From Pyrinomonadaceae bacterium (GTDB lineage Bacteria > Acidobacteriota > Blastocatellia > Pyrinomonadales > Pyrinomonadaceae), in NCBI GenBank assembly GCA_036389235.1, contig DASVQJ010000223.1, positions 8,333-72,332 on the forward strand: 64,000 nucleotides of DNA. The letters are read 5' to 3'. A model generated the notes under the pieces. The model was not told where the DNA came from and ran no database searches. It saw only the letters and a program-made list of their open reading frames with translations. Positions 16,926 to 25,376 of the stretch are shown piece by piece; position 1 is the first letter of the stretch; the number at the start of each line of letters is the position of its first letter. The position numbers and the translations under genes were made by a program.

Positions 16926-19730
16926 ATGTCCGGGAGTTCTTCCACATCGAACTTCGGCGAGTACCCGCTCGTCGTCCTCGCCACGGCGTTCGCGTCGGGC
17001 GTGCTGCTCGCGCGCTTCACCTCCGCCCCTCCTTCCGCCTGCGTCGCACTCGCCGCGCTGACTTCCGCGTTAGCATTCTTCGTCTTTCTTAAGAGAAGAG
17101 AGGCGGCCGCCGCGCGTCTCGTCGTGCTCGCCTTCGCCTGCGCGGGCGCCGCGCTATCGTCCATCGAAGCAAAAGGAGCGGGAGGCGAGTCGCGGCTGCG
17201 CGGCCTCTACGAGGGCGGACGAATCGCATCCGGCGAGCCGGTCGAGCTGACCTGCGTGCTGGAGCGCGCGCCCGAGATCGCGCCCGACGGCCTGCTGCTC
17301 TCGCTGCGCGTCGAGTCGGTGCGGCACAGGTCCGTCGAGACTTCGTGCGGCGGGCGCGTCGAGCTGTTCGCGCCCGTGTCCGACGCGCGCGCCGGGGCCG
17401 CATACGAGTCGCTTGAGCTGAGGCGCGGCGCGCGCGTGCGCGTGGCCGCGGCGCTCACGCGCGCGGAGAGGTATCGCAACCCGGGCGTAAGGCCCTTCGG
17501 CGACTACCTCGACGCGCGCGACGTGGACGCGCGCGGGACGCTCAAGAGCGCGCTCCTCGTCGAACGCCTCGACGACGAGGCCGTCCCGCTCCCGCTCGCG
17601 CTGCTCGACGGCTGGCGCGGGGCGCTCGTCAGACGTGCCGACGCCTCCTTCTCGACGGACGCCGCGGGCGTCTTCAAGGCCGCCGTGCTCGGCAACCGCT
17701 TCGGACTCTCGCGCGCCGCGGCCGAGCGCTTCCGCGAAGGCGGCACCATCCACGCGCTCGTCATCAGCGGCCTCCACATCGCCTTCGTCGGCGGGCTCGT
17801 GTGGGCCTTGGCCCGCAGGCTCACGCGCCGGCCCGCGGCGCGCTGGGCCGCTTCGGCCGCGTGCGTGTGGGCTTACACGCTCGGCGTCGGGGCCGAGCCT
17901 TCGGTCGTGCGCGCGGCGCTCACCTTCACTCTGGCGGCGCTCGCGCCGGCGCTCGGACGGCGCTCGGGCGCGCTCAACGCGACGGGCGGGGCCGCGCTCG
18001 CGCTGCTCGTCTGGCGACCCGCGACGCTCTACGACCCCTCGTTCCAACTGACGTTCCTCTCCGTGCTCTCCGTGCTGGCCTTCGCGCTGCCCCTCGTCTC
18101 GAACCTCAAGGCCGTAGGCCGTTGGCGGCCGGCGCGCGCGACGCCCTACCCGCCCGCGTGCCCGCGCTGGTTCCGCGCCCTGGCCGAGACGCTCTACTGG
18201 CGCGAGCGCGCCTGGCGGCGCGAGATGGAGCGCGCCTCTCACAGCTACGGGCTGTTCAAGACGCCGTGGGCTTCGCGCCTCGAACGCCTGCGCTTGCAGC
18301 CCCCGCTGCGCTTCGCCTTCGCCGCGCTGTCGATGACGACCGCCGTGCAGCTCGTCCTCCTCCCGCCGCAGGTCGTCTACTTCCACCGCCTCCCGCTCGC
18401 CTCGCCCGTGCTCAACCTCTTCGCGGGCGCGCTCCTCGTCGCGCAAGCCTTCGCCGCGCTCGCCTCGATGGCGGTCGGCGAGGTGAGCACGACGCTCGCC
18501 GCGCCGCTCGTACGACTGACCGAAGCTTCGACATACCTCCTCGTCCACGGCGTCGACCCCTTCGCGCGCGCGGGCGTCGCCAGCCTCCGCCTCCCCGCAT
18601 ACGCGGGCGCGGCTTCCGCCCTCTACGCGCTGCACTACGCGCCGCTACCCCTGCTCGCGCGCGCTCTCCTCCGCTGGCGCCCGCTGGCCGAGCCGCCGCG
18701 CGCAGGAAGGTTCGAGGAGGACACAAGCGGGATGAGGGTTGACGAAGGCCACGTCTTTAAGAGTCGCGCCGCGGCGCGGGGCGGGCGTCTGTTGAAGGCC
18801 GCGGGTTGGATGTCTGTCACGACCGCCTTCGCCATCGTCGCACACCCCTTCAGCGCGCCGCGCCCCGACGGCCGACTGCGCGTGGACTTCATCGACGTGG
18901 GGCAGGGCGACGCGGCGCTCGTCACCATGCCCGACGGCTCGACTTTGCTCGTGGACGGCGGCGGCCGTCCCGGCTTCCGCGCCGCGCGGCGTCATGAAGA
19001 CGAGGCGGAGGAGTTCGAGCCCGACTCCCGCGGCGTCGGCGAAGCGGCCGTCGCCGAGTACCTCTGGTGGAGGGGCTTGTCCCGCCTCGACTACGTGCTG
19101 GCGACGCACGCCGACGCCGACCACATCGACGGCCTGAACGACATCCTCAAGAGCTTCGGCGCGCGCGCCGCCCTCGTCGGCCGCGCCCCTTCCGAAGACG
19201 AGGAGTTCGCACGATTCTCCCTGACCGCGAACGAAGCGGGCGTGCCCGTCTACGCCGTCGCGCGCGGCGACCGCCTGCGCTTCGGCGCGGTCGAAGTGGA
19301 CGTGCTCTGGCCGCCGCCGGTCGAAACCTTCGCGGGGGAAGAGGGCACGCGCCGCGCGGCCCCCGCGAACGACGACTCGGTCGTGCTGCGCCTGCGCTAC
19401 GGGCGCCGGACGTTCCTGCTCACCGGCGACATCGAGTCGCGCGCGGAGCGCGCCCTCCTGGCCGCGGGCGACGGCCTCCGCTCCGACGCGCTCAAAGTCT
19501 CACACCACGGCAGCCGCACCTCCTCGACCGACGGCTTCGTCAACGCGACCCGTCCGTCGTTCGCCGTCGTCTCCGTCGGCCGCGACTCGCCCTACGGCCA
19601 CCCGCACGCGGAAGTCCTCGCGCGCTGGCAAGCCGCGGGCGCGCAAGTCCTGACCACGGCCGAGCGCGGCATGGTCACCGTCTCGACTGACGGGGAAGAC
19701 TTGAGGGTCGAAACATTCGTCCGGTGGTAG
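16926..19730 (+). CDS. comEC: DNA internalisation competence protein ComEC/Rec2 with a C-terminal metallo-beta-lactamase domain
   Basis: Multi-TM N-terminal and central region, ComEC core (IHALVISGLHIAFVGG), and MBL motifs VDFIDVGQGDAALV, THADADHIDG and KVSHHGS. Confidence 0.85.
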   Translation: MSGSSSTSNFGEYPLVVLATAFASGVLLARFTSAPPSACVALAALTSALAFFVFLKRREAAAARLVVLAFACAGAALSSIEAKGAGGESRLRGLYEGGRIASGEPVELTCVLERAPEIAPDGLLLSLRVESVRHRSVETSCGGRVELFAPVSDARAGAAYESLELRRGARVRVAAALTRAERYRNPGVRPFGDYLDARDVDARGTLKSALLVERLDDEAVPLPLALLDGWRGALVRRADASFSTDAAGVFKAAVLGNRFGLSRAAAERFREGGTIHALVISGLHIAFVGGLVWALARRLTRRPAARWAASAACVWAYTLGVGAEPSVVRAALTFTLAALAPALGRRSGALNATGGAALALLVWRPATLYDPSFQLTFLSVLSVLAFALPLVSNLKAVGRWRPARATPYPPACPRWFRALAETLYWRERAWRREMERASHSYGLFKTPWASRLERLRLQPPLRFAFAALSMTTAVQLVLLPPQVVYFHRLPLASPVLNLFAGALLVAQAFAALASMAVGEVSTTLAAPLVRLTEASTYLLVHGVDPFARAGVASLRLPAYAGAASALYALHYAPLPLLARALLRWRPLAEPPRAGRFEEDTSGMRVDEGHVFKSRAAARGGRLLKAAGWMSVTTAFAIVAHPFSAPRPDGRLRVDFIDVGQGDAALVTMPDGSTLLVDGGGRPGFRAARRHEDEAEEFEPDSRGVGEAAVAEYLWWRGLSRLDYVLATHADADHIDGLNDILKSFGARAALVGRAPSEDEEFARFSLTANEAGVPVYAVARGDRLRFGAVEVDVLWPPPVETFAGEEGTRRAAPANDDSVVLRLRYGRRTFLLTGDIESRAERALLAAGDGLRSDALKVSHHGSRTSSTDGFVNATRPSFAVVSVGRDSPYGHPHAEVLARWQAAGAQVLTTAERGMVTVSTDGEDLRVETFVRW
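19516..19730 (+). repeat. comEC 3'-end repeat, copy 1 (in frame with the full gene)
   Basis: 215 bp repeated at 22392-22606 and 25162-25376. The first 56 bp are identical in all three copies. Confidence 0.9.
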
Positions 19731-19807
19731 TGTCGCCAAGGCGGTCGGGTGAAAATTTCATGTTTAGACCAAGCGAAAATGGGGCAACACAATATTGCGA
19801 AATTTCG

Positions 19808-19837
19808 TTGACGGCAGATGTATGCTGAGCGTATAAC
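19808..19837 (+). promoter_or_regulatory. Candidate sigma70-like promoter at the left end of islet A
   Basis: TTGACG, 18-nt spacer, TATAAC. Confidence 0.3.
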
Positions 19838-20015
19838 CTGATTGTTTGATGAAAGCGGACTTGCCTTAAGAGCTATTGACGATCCCCTCATATCTGTCAA
19901 CTGCGTGCAGATTGATGCGATCTTCCTAAATATAATTCCCTTACTTCCTGTACTTAAATTAACTCCCCCGTCACCTCCTATGGTGAGTGTTAGCAATTCC
20001 CCTCGGTTACCGACG

Positions 20016-20576
20016 ATGAGGGAGAAGACCAACGGTCTAAAACGTCAAGCGATGACGAACATCGGTAAGAAGTTAGAGGTGCTCGCCAATCTGGCGATTA
20101 TTATCGCCGGCTCCTTGTTAGCCGGTGTCTTGGTTAAAAACCATTTATTTCAAGGGCCGAGCGAGGGGCCAGTCCGGACACAAAGCAGCCCACAACCTAT
20201 GGAGGGGACGAGACTGACTTTAACCAATGTAGATTGGACGCAGAGTAAGCAGACGCTTTTACTGGCTTTGTCCAGCAGTTGCTATTATTGCACTGAGAGC
20301 GCCCCTTTTTACAAAAGACTCGGCCAGAGCAAAAAGGGAACCCGGCTGGTGGTCGTCCTGCCTGAGTCAGTCGAAGACGGGCAGAGCTACTTGAAAAGGC
20401 TCGGGCTCTCTGTGGACGAAGTAAGGCAGTTGAGCCTGGACAAAATTGACGTACAGGTGACGCCGACTTTGTTACTAGTAGATAACTCCGGCGTGGTTAA
20501 GAAATCGTGGTTAGGAAAATTGCCACCGGAACAAGAGGAGTCAGTAGTGAGCACTTTGCTTGATGACGGAGAGTAG
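20016..20576 (+). CDS. Membrane-anchored thioredoxin-fold (TlpA/ResA-like) protein with a CYYC motif
   Basis: N-terminal TM LANLAIIIAGSLLAGVLV. Redoxin-like LLLALSSSCYYCTESAPFY...TPTLLLVDNSGVV. The start is ambiguous (20016 or 20052). Confidence 0.55.
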   Translation: MREKTNGLKRQAMTNIGKKLEVLANLAIIIAGSLLAGVLVKNHLFQGPSEGPVRTQSSPQPMEGTRLTLTNVDWTQSKQTLLLALSSSCYYCTESAPFYKRLGQSKKGTRLVVVLPESVEDGQSYLKRLGLSVDEVRQLSLDKIDVQVTPTLLLVDNSGVVKKSWLGKLPPEQEESVVSTLLDDGE

Positions 20577-20628
20577 TGAAGCCCCGATGTGTAGGACTAC
20601 GGCACGGCAAGTGCCGAGGAGGTGATCC

Positions 20629-21393
20629 ATGAGTCGCGAGGTTAAGTATAAACTTCTAGGAAAAATTTTGGTGTTGGCTGTACTTTCCTTTGGCCTGTGG
20701 GAGTTTTCCGGCGGTGCAGGACTGTCCCAACGTGGGAACGCGTTTGTTCCAGTTACCCCCCAACAGCTACACGTAGATAACGGCCCCCTGCCCGTCGAGT
20801 TACGGTGTTCGTCCGGCCAAAGTAGTGCCCCTAGTGTCTTGGACCCGTTTACTTGCGTCTTGCTGAACAACACGGATAAAGACATCATCGCCGCCAGCGT
20901 AATTTATTCAATCGTCATTGATCAGAATGGTACTGAATCGAAAGCGACATACGCTTCTACCATAGACACAATTCCTCATCCCGACTTCGCGCCCACGAGT
21001 AGACCTATCCGGCCCGGGACGGAGAGCGGAGGTGTGGGGCCGCCGGGACCCACATCTTATCAAGGCGCGATTATCAAAGGTGTCGAGATCAGCGTTGACT
21101 ACGTGGAGTTCGCGGACGGGAGCCGGCTGGGGCCTGACCAGCAGGGGTCTAGGATAATTGGGGACATGCGTAGAGGGGCCGACAGGTATAAGAACTGGCT
21201 CCGCGAGGAGTACGGTAAGAGCGGACAGCAGCCTGACGCGATAACCCAAATGTTAAATAGTCGAGCCCTTCCGAGCGAGCTTAAATTCGCGAGTGCGGAC
21301 GAGGAGCAGGGGGCTCGGGCGTACCGTAACCGCCTCAGAAGGCTGTCTGAAAGCAAGGGCGAGGCGGAAGTAAGAACTCTTCTGCGGAAGTAA
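20629..21393 (+). CDS. Membrane-anchored hypothetical protein (distant paralogue of 22837..23592)
   Basis: N-terminal TM ILVLAVLSFGLW. Shares three collinear motifs with the islet-B protein: CVLLNN/YVIHNN, PIRPGT/AIPPGT, and VDYVEFADGSRLGP/LDAVMLADDGKIYGP. Confidence 0.5.
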   Translation: MSREVKYKLLGKILVLAVLSFGLWEFSGGAGLSQRGNAFVPVTPQQLHVDNGPLPVELRCSSGQSSAPSVLDPFTCVLLNNTDKDIIAASVIYSIVIDQNGTESKATYASTIDTIPHPDFAPTSRPIRPGTESGGVGPPGPTSYQGAIIKGVEISVDYVEFADGSRLGPDQQGSRIIGDMRRGADRYKNWLREEYGKSGQQPDAITQMLNSRALPSELKFASADEEQGARAYRNRLRRLSESKGEAEVRTLLRK

Positions 21394-21404
21394 GAACCTT
21401 CTAA

Positions 21405-22202
21405 AGCTCGGTCAATATTAGAAGATCGCGTCTGATCGGCTATTCATGGGACTCAACAAGTAACAGTTGCGTCAACCCGGATTCCTGTTCAAGTGGCGGC
21501 GGGACTTGGAATTTCGCGAGTAATACATGTTCCAGTGTGCCGACTCCGACGCCTACTCCGACCCCGCCTTCCGGCCACAGTTGTACCAACAAGTGGATGG
21601 AGGCGAAGTGTCTGGCCCTCGGCGAGGGCTGGGACGACATCAGGTGCCGCTGCGCCCCCGAGTCGCCCGTCCTCGTGGACGTGGCGGGCGACGGCTTCGC
21701 GCTGACGGACGCCAACGGCGGCGTCCTCTTCGACCTCAACGCGGACGGCGCACCCGAGCGCCTGGCGTGGACGAGCGCGGATGCGGACGACGCGTGGCTC
21801 GCGCTCGACCGCGACGGTAACGGGATCATAGATAACGGCGGCGAGTTGTTCGGCAACTTCGCGCCGCAGCCGCCGTCCGAGGAGCCGAACGGCTTCCGCG
21901 CCCTCGCCGAGTTCGACCGGCCGGAGAGGGGCGGCAACGCGGACGGGGTGCTCGACGGCCGCGACGCGGTCTTCTACTCCTTACGCCTGTGGCAGGACGC
22001 GAACCACGACGGCGCCTCGGAGCCCGGCGAGCTGCACGCGCTGCCGGAGCTCGGGGTCGCATCTTTAGACCTTCAGTACAAGGAGTCGAAGCGCACCGAC
22101 CGATACGGCAACCGGTTCCGCTACCGGGCAAAGGTGAGAGACCTACACGGCGCGCAGGTAGGCCGCTGGGCGTGGGACGTGTTCCTCGTCTCGGGGCAGT
22201 AA
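21405..22202 (+). pseudogene. 5'-truncated paralogue of the Cys-rich EF-hand-like Ca-binding secreted protein
   Basis: The frame is open from 21405 and encodes plausible Cys-rich sequence ([25 protein letters not shown]), but the first canonical start is GTG 21537. No signal peptide. The C-terminal 200 aa look about 75% identical by eye to 24330-24972. Confidence 0.5.
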
Positions 22203-22220
22203 TCGAACTCGCTCAGTAGA

Positions 22221-22264
22221 GCGACGGGCCGGCAGCCTCTCACGGTTGCCGGCCCGTCGCTTTG
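22221..22264 (+). terminator. Intrinsic terminator after the islet A cargo
   Basis: gcgacgggccggca-loop-tgccggcccgtcgc followed by tttg. An equivalent structure lies at 24991-25033. Confidence 0.65.
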
Positions 22265-22294
22265 CGGCTTCATCCTCGACAGGGAGGGGCTCCT

Positions 22295-22367
22295 GTACTG
22301 AGCAAAATCAAAAATGCTCAGTACGTAAATCGACCTCTAAGTCATACATACACATATGTACTGAGCA
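22295..22367 (+). promoter_or_regulatory. Islet A right arm: three GTACTGAGCA boxes (direct, inverted, direct) plus a TACATA-N4-TATGTA palindrome
   Basis: Boxes at 22295-22304, 22315-22324 (inverted) and 22358-22367. The arrangement is conserved at 25065-25137 with a compensatory change. Confidence 0.6.
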
Positions 22368-22391
22368 AAATTTTCTCCTATAAAAAGGCGA

Positions 22392-22606
22392 GCACCTCCT
22401 CGACCGACGGCTTCGTCAACGCGACCCGTCCGTCGTTCGCCGTCGTCGGCGTCGCACGCGACTCGCCCTACGGCCACCCGCACCCGGGAGTCCTCAAGCG
22501 ATGGCAAGACGCGGGCGCGCGAGTCCTGACCACGGCCGGGCGCGGCATGGTCACCGTCTCAACCGACGGCGAAGACCTGAAGGTGGAGACGTTCGTCCGG
22601 TGGTAG
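22392..22606 (+). pseudogene. comEC 3'-end remnant, copy 2
   Basis: Encodes ...STSSTDGFVNATRPSFAVVGVARDSPYGHPHPGVLKRWQDAGARVLTTAGRGMVTVSTDGEDLKVETFVRW* with no upstream comEC body. Confidence 0.85.
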
Positions 22607-22639
22607 TGTCCCCAAGTCTCCCCGACGGCGAGAATTTCA

Positions 22640-22668
22640 TTGACAATATATTTGCACGGGAGTAGAAA
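22640..22668 (+). promoter_or_regulatory. Candidate sigma70-like promoter at the left end of islet B
   Basis: TTGACA, 17-nt spacer, TAGAAA. Confidence 0.3.
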
Positions 22669-22836
22669 TACGGCGCGCTCACGAAAACTGTTCCGGCTCC
22701 TTCAGCCGTAGCCTTCTCGTAACTGTCACTTCGCTTTCAGTTGCCATTCCAAACAACGTCGTTTGAACAGTAGGCGCACTACCGTTACCTCCATCTGAGT
22801 TCCTCAGTTGCGTCCTGCGGGTTAGGGGAAGAACAA

Positions 22837-23592
22837 ATGTTGAATCTCTCCGGCAGACGACCTCTGTATGCCTTAATCATCGCGCTATTAGCTATGGCCC
22901 TTGGAGTTGGGGGGCGGTCGGTGTACCGCCACGAGAGATCACCCATGCACAGCACATACTTTAAAGACGTCGATCTAACGGTCAGAACGGAGGGCATAGA
23001 GTCCCTGGGTTTAACCATCGAAGTGCCTTACAACCGCCCCGAAAATCTTGGTGATTATGTGATCCACAACAATGGGCCGTACACGGTTAACGGCTTTCGG
23101 GTCGTATTTGAAACCCGTAAGAAGAAAGGTGACAGCCCCGGCCAGAATGGGGAAACGTTTAACCGTATGTCTACGCAAATACCCTCTTGGGTCTATGACA
23201 CAGACCCGGATCCCTGGAAGAAGCAGAAATATCACGAGGCCACGGGAGGGGCCATACCTCCGGGGACGGCGAAGTACTGCGGGCTCGGGCGCAAATCTCA
23301 AATGGTGTCTGAGAACAATCCGCCGCCGATACAAGCAGTTAATGAGAATTTTCCTGATTATAGAGATTACGCGGAAATTATCGTCAGACTGGACGCAGTG
23401 ATGCTGGCTGACGACGGGAAAATTTACGGCCCTAACCGTAAGGTCCTTAGGGGTAAGGGTGCTCACGGAATTTACGCGACTTACGAACAAATAATTGCCG
23501 AACATGTAGCTGACAGTCACTGGTCGAAACCTATGCCAGCCGACTTAAGTGACGGGGAGGATGGAGGGGAACATGAAAAGGGTAAGCCGTAG
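22837..23592 (+). CDS. Membrane-anchored hypothetical protein (paralogue of 20629..21393)
   Basis: N-terminal TM LYALIIALLAMALGV, plus the collinear motifs listed for the islet A protein. Confidence 0.5.
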   Translation: MLNLSGRRPLYALIIALLAMALGVGGRSVYRHERSPMHSTYFKDVDLTVRTEGIESLGLTIEVPYNRPENLGDYVIHNNGPYTVNGFRVVFETRKKKGDSPGQNGETFNRMSTQIPSWVYDTDPDPWKKQKYHEATGGAIPPGTAKYCGLGRKSQMVSENNPPPIQAVNENFPDYRDYAEIIVRLDAVMLADDGKIYGPNRKVLRGKGAHGIYATYEQIIAEHVADSHWSKPMPADLSDGEDGGEHEKGKP

Positions 23593-24972
23593 CGCTAGAG
23601 CCGCAGCCATTCTCTGTTTCAGCCTGACTGCCTTCGTAAGTTTAGGTTGGGTGATGGTTCACGCCACCTCTCCCTGGGTAAGGCCCACTGACCCGGATGT
23701 CCGGCTCAAGCCTTGGAAGTGCAGCCGACGCAGTTCTGATATCCCAAGCTCATGCACAGGAGTATTTCATGGAGAATGTCAACAGCCGAACCCGTTCGGC
23801 ATAAAAAGTCATACGACTGTGGCTATACTGGACATGCAATGTCCTTTCGACCCGACGATAAATGAGATACAGATGGGCAGAGATGCCTACGATCCGGAAG
23901 TTATTAAATGGTGGATGGGGGCGGCAACGCTTCGCACGAGGACACATCCTACCCTAATATACTTTATGATAGGCGCTTCCACGTGGATTGTGACCATGTC
24001 GGTCAGCAGGAAGATTCTTTCCTTGACCCCGCCGATTCCTGTCCCGGCATGGTCGCCAGCACTCCGCCGGTAATTACGACCCAGGAGCCAAATACCTGTG
24101 GACAAGGCTTCGCATCAGTAAACGGGCAGTGCCAGCGGATCCCGCCGGAGAGCTATCCTGCCCCGAGCGAACCTGACGACGCCGATGAGCGTATCGGGCT
24201 TGGGAATACGTGCAATGACGGCATAGACAATGACGAGAATGGGCTGAGTGATGGGACGGACCCTAAGTGTCTAGGCCCAATACCGCCGTACAGTGAGCCT
24301 ACTCCCACCCCGACGCCCGCCCCTACCCCGACCCCGGCGGCCGGCGGCGGCTGCACCAACAAGTGGATGGAGGCGAAGTGCTACGCACTCGGCGAAGGCT
24401 GGGACCCGGTCAGGTGCCGCTGCGCCCCCGAATCGCCCATCCTCGTAGACGTTTCGGGCGACGGCTTCGCGCTCACGGACGCGGCCGGTGGAGTCTTCTT
24501 TGACCTCAACGCGGACGGCGTCATCGAGCGGCTGGCATGGACGGCTGTAGGGTCGGACGACGCATGGCTCGCGCTCGACCGCGACGGCAACGGCACAATA
24601 GATAACGGCCAAGAGCTTTTCGGCAACTTCACCATGCAGCCGCACTCGGCCGCCCCTAACGGCTTCCTCGCGCTGGCTGAGTTCGACCGGCCGGAGCAGG
24701 GTGGGGACGGCGACGGCGTGATAAGCAGCGGGGACGCCGTCTTCTCCCGCCTGCGCCTGTGGCAGGACGTGAATCATAACGGCGTCTCGGAGCCCGAAGA
24801 ACTGCGCACACTGCCGGAACTCGGCCTGAAGACACTAAACCTCGACTACAAGGAGTCGAAGCGCACAGACCGATACGGCAACCGGTTCCGCTACCGCGCG
24901 AAGGTCAAAGATATACACGATGCACAGGTTGGCCGCTGGGCCTGGGACGTGTTCTTCGTCGCGGGGCAGTAA
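23573..24972 (+). pseudogene. Secreted Cys-rich, EF-hand-like Ca-binding protein, apparently split by a 1-nt frameshift in a G5 run
   Basis: ATG 23573 follows ggagggg, with signal peptide MKRVSRSARAAAILCFSLTAFVSLGWVMVHA. Frame 1 turns to junk after ...EVIKWWMG, while frame 2 (from 23908) continues with a plausible protein. The G-run is at 23917-23921. DxDxDG-like loops include [16 protein letters not shown] and DVNHNGVSE. Confidence 0.5.
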
Positions 24973-24990
24973 CCAGATTCGATAAGTAGA

Positions 24991-25033
24991 GCAAAGGGCC
25001 GACAGCCACGGAGGCTGTCGGCCCTTTGCTTTG
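24991..25033 (+). terminator. Intrinsic terminator after the islet B cargo
   Basis: gcaaagggccgacagcc-acgg-aggctgtcggccctttgc followed by tttg. Confidence 0.65.
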
Positions 25034-25064
25034 TAGCCGCATCCTTGACGGGGAGAGGTTCCCT

Positions 25065-25137
25065 GTATTGAGCAGAATCGATTTTGCTCAATACGTAATT
25101 CGGCACTTAAGTCATACATACACATATGTACTGAGCA
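25065..25137 (+). promoter_or_regulatory. Islet B right arm: GTATTGAGCA / TGCTCAATAC / GTACTGAGCA boxes plus a TACATA-N4-TATGTA palindrome
   Basis: Boxes at 25065-25074, 25085-25094 (inverted) and 25128-25137. Confidence 0.6.
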
Positions 25138-25161
25138 AATTTTTGCCCCATAAAACTTCCC

Positions 25162-25376
25162 GCACCTCCTCGACCGACGGCTTCGTCAACGCGACCCGTC
25201 CGTCGTTCGCCGTCGTCGGCGTCGCACGCGACTCGCCCTACGCCCACCCGCACCGGGAAGTCCTCGCGCGCTGGCGCGGCTCCGGCGCGCGAGTCCTGAC
25301 CACGGCCGAGCGCGGGATAATCACCGTCTCCACCGACGGCGAAGACTTGAAGGTCGAGACGTTTGCCGAGCGTTAG
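25162..25376 (+). pseudogene. comEC 3'-end remnant, copy 3 (probably the ancestral chromosomal end)
   Basis: Encodes ...DLKVETFAER*. It is followed directly by GC-rich DNA with no islet left-end sequence. Confidence 0.8.

Larger units (their letters stand above)
19731..22391 (+). mobile_element. Islet A: low-GC insert with no recombinase, between comEC repeat copies 1 and 2
   Basis: A sampled line is about 47% GC, against roughly 70% in the flanks. It is bounded by direct repeats. A conserved left end (gaaaatttcat) and a conserved right arm of about 130 bp are shared with islet B. Confidence 0.7.
22607..25161 (+). mobile_element. Islet B: second low-GC insert with no recombinase, between comEC repeat copies 2 and 3
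   Basis: Same architecture as islet A: related left end, paralogous cargo, terminator, and conserved right arm. Confidence 0.7.

Noticed and set aside
22340-22367. TCATACATACACATATGTACTGA as the chromosomal dif site (islets as Xer-dependent IMEX integrated at dif)
   Set aside because: Only two copies exist, both inside the islet arms, and no full third copy is at the left boundary. The conserved XerD-arm consensus (TTATGTTAAAT) is absent. I keep it only as a possible recombinase core within the arm.
22262-22606. 114-aa ORF (and 25026..25376, 116 aa) as independent genes
   Set aside because: Their C-terminal 70 aa are copies of the ComEC C-terminus. Their N-termini read through the conserved non-coding arm. 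They are remnants created by insertion, not genes.
23549-24073. 174-aa ORF as a complete independent gene
   Set aside because: Its last 55 residues or so ([22 protein letters not shown]...) look like out-of-frame translation of the overlapping conserved ORF. A frameshifted single gene is more likely.
19731-25161. The islets as integron gene cassettes with attC sites
   Set aside because: No intI gene, and no R''-L''/L'-R' (GTTRRRY) attC organisation. The repeated unit is a piece of comEC plus a 130-bp arm, and the cargo has its own promoter-like boxes and terminators.
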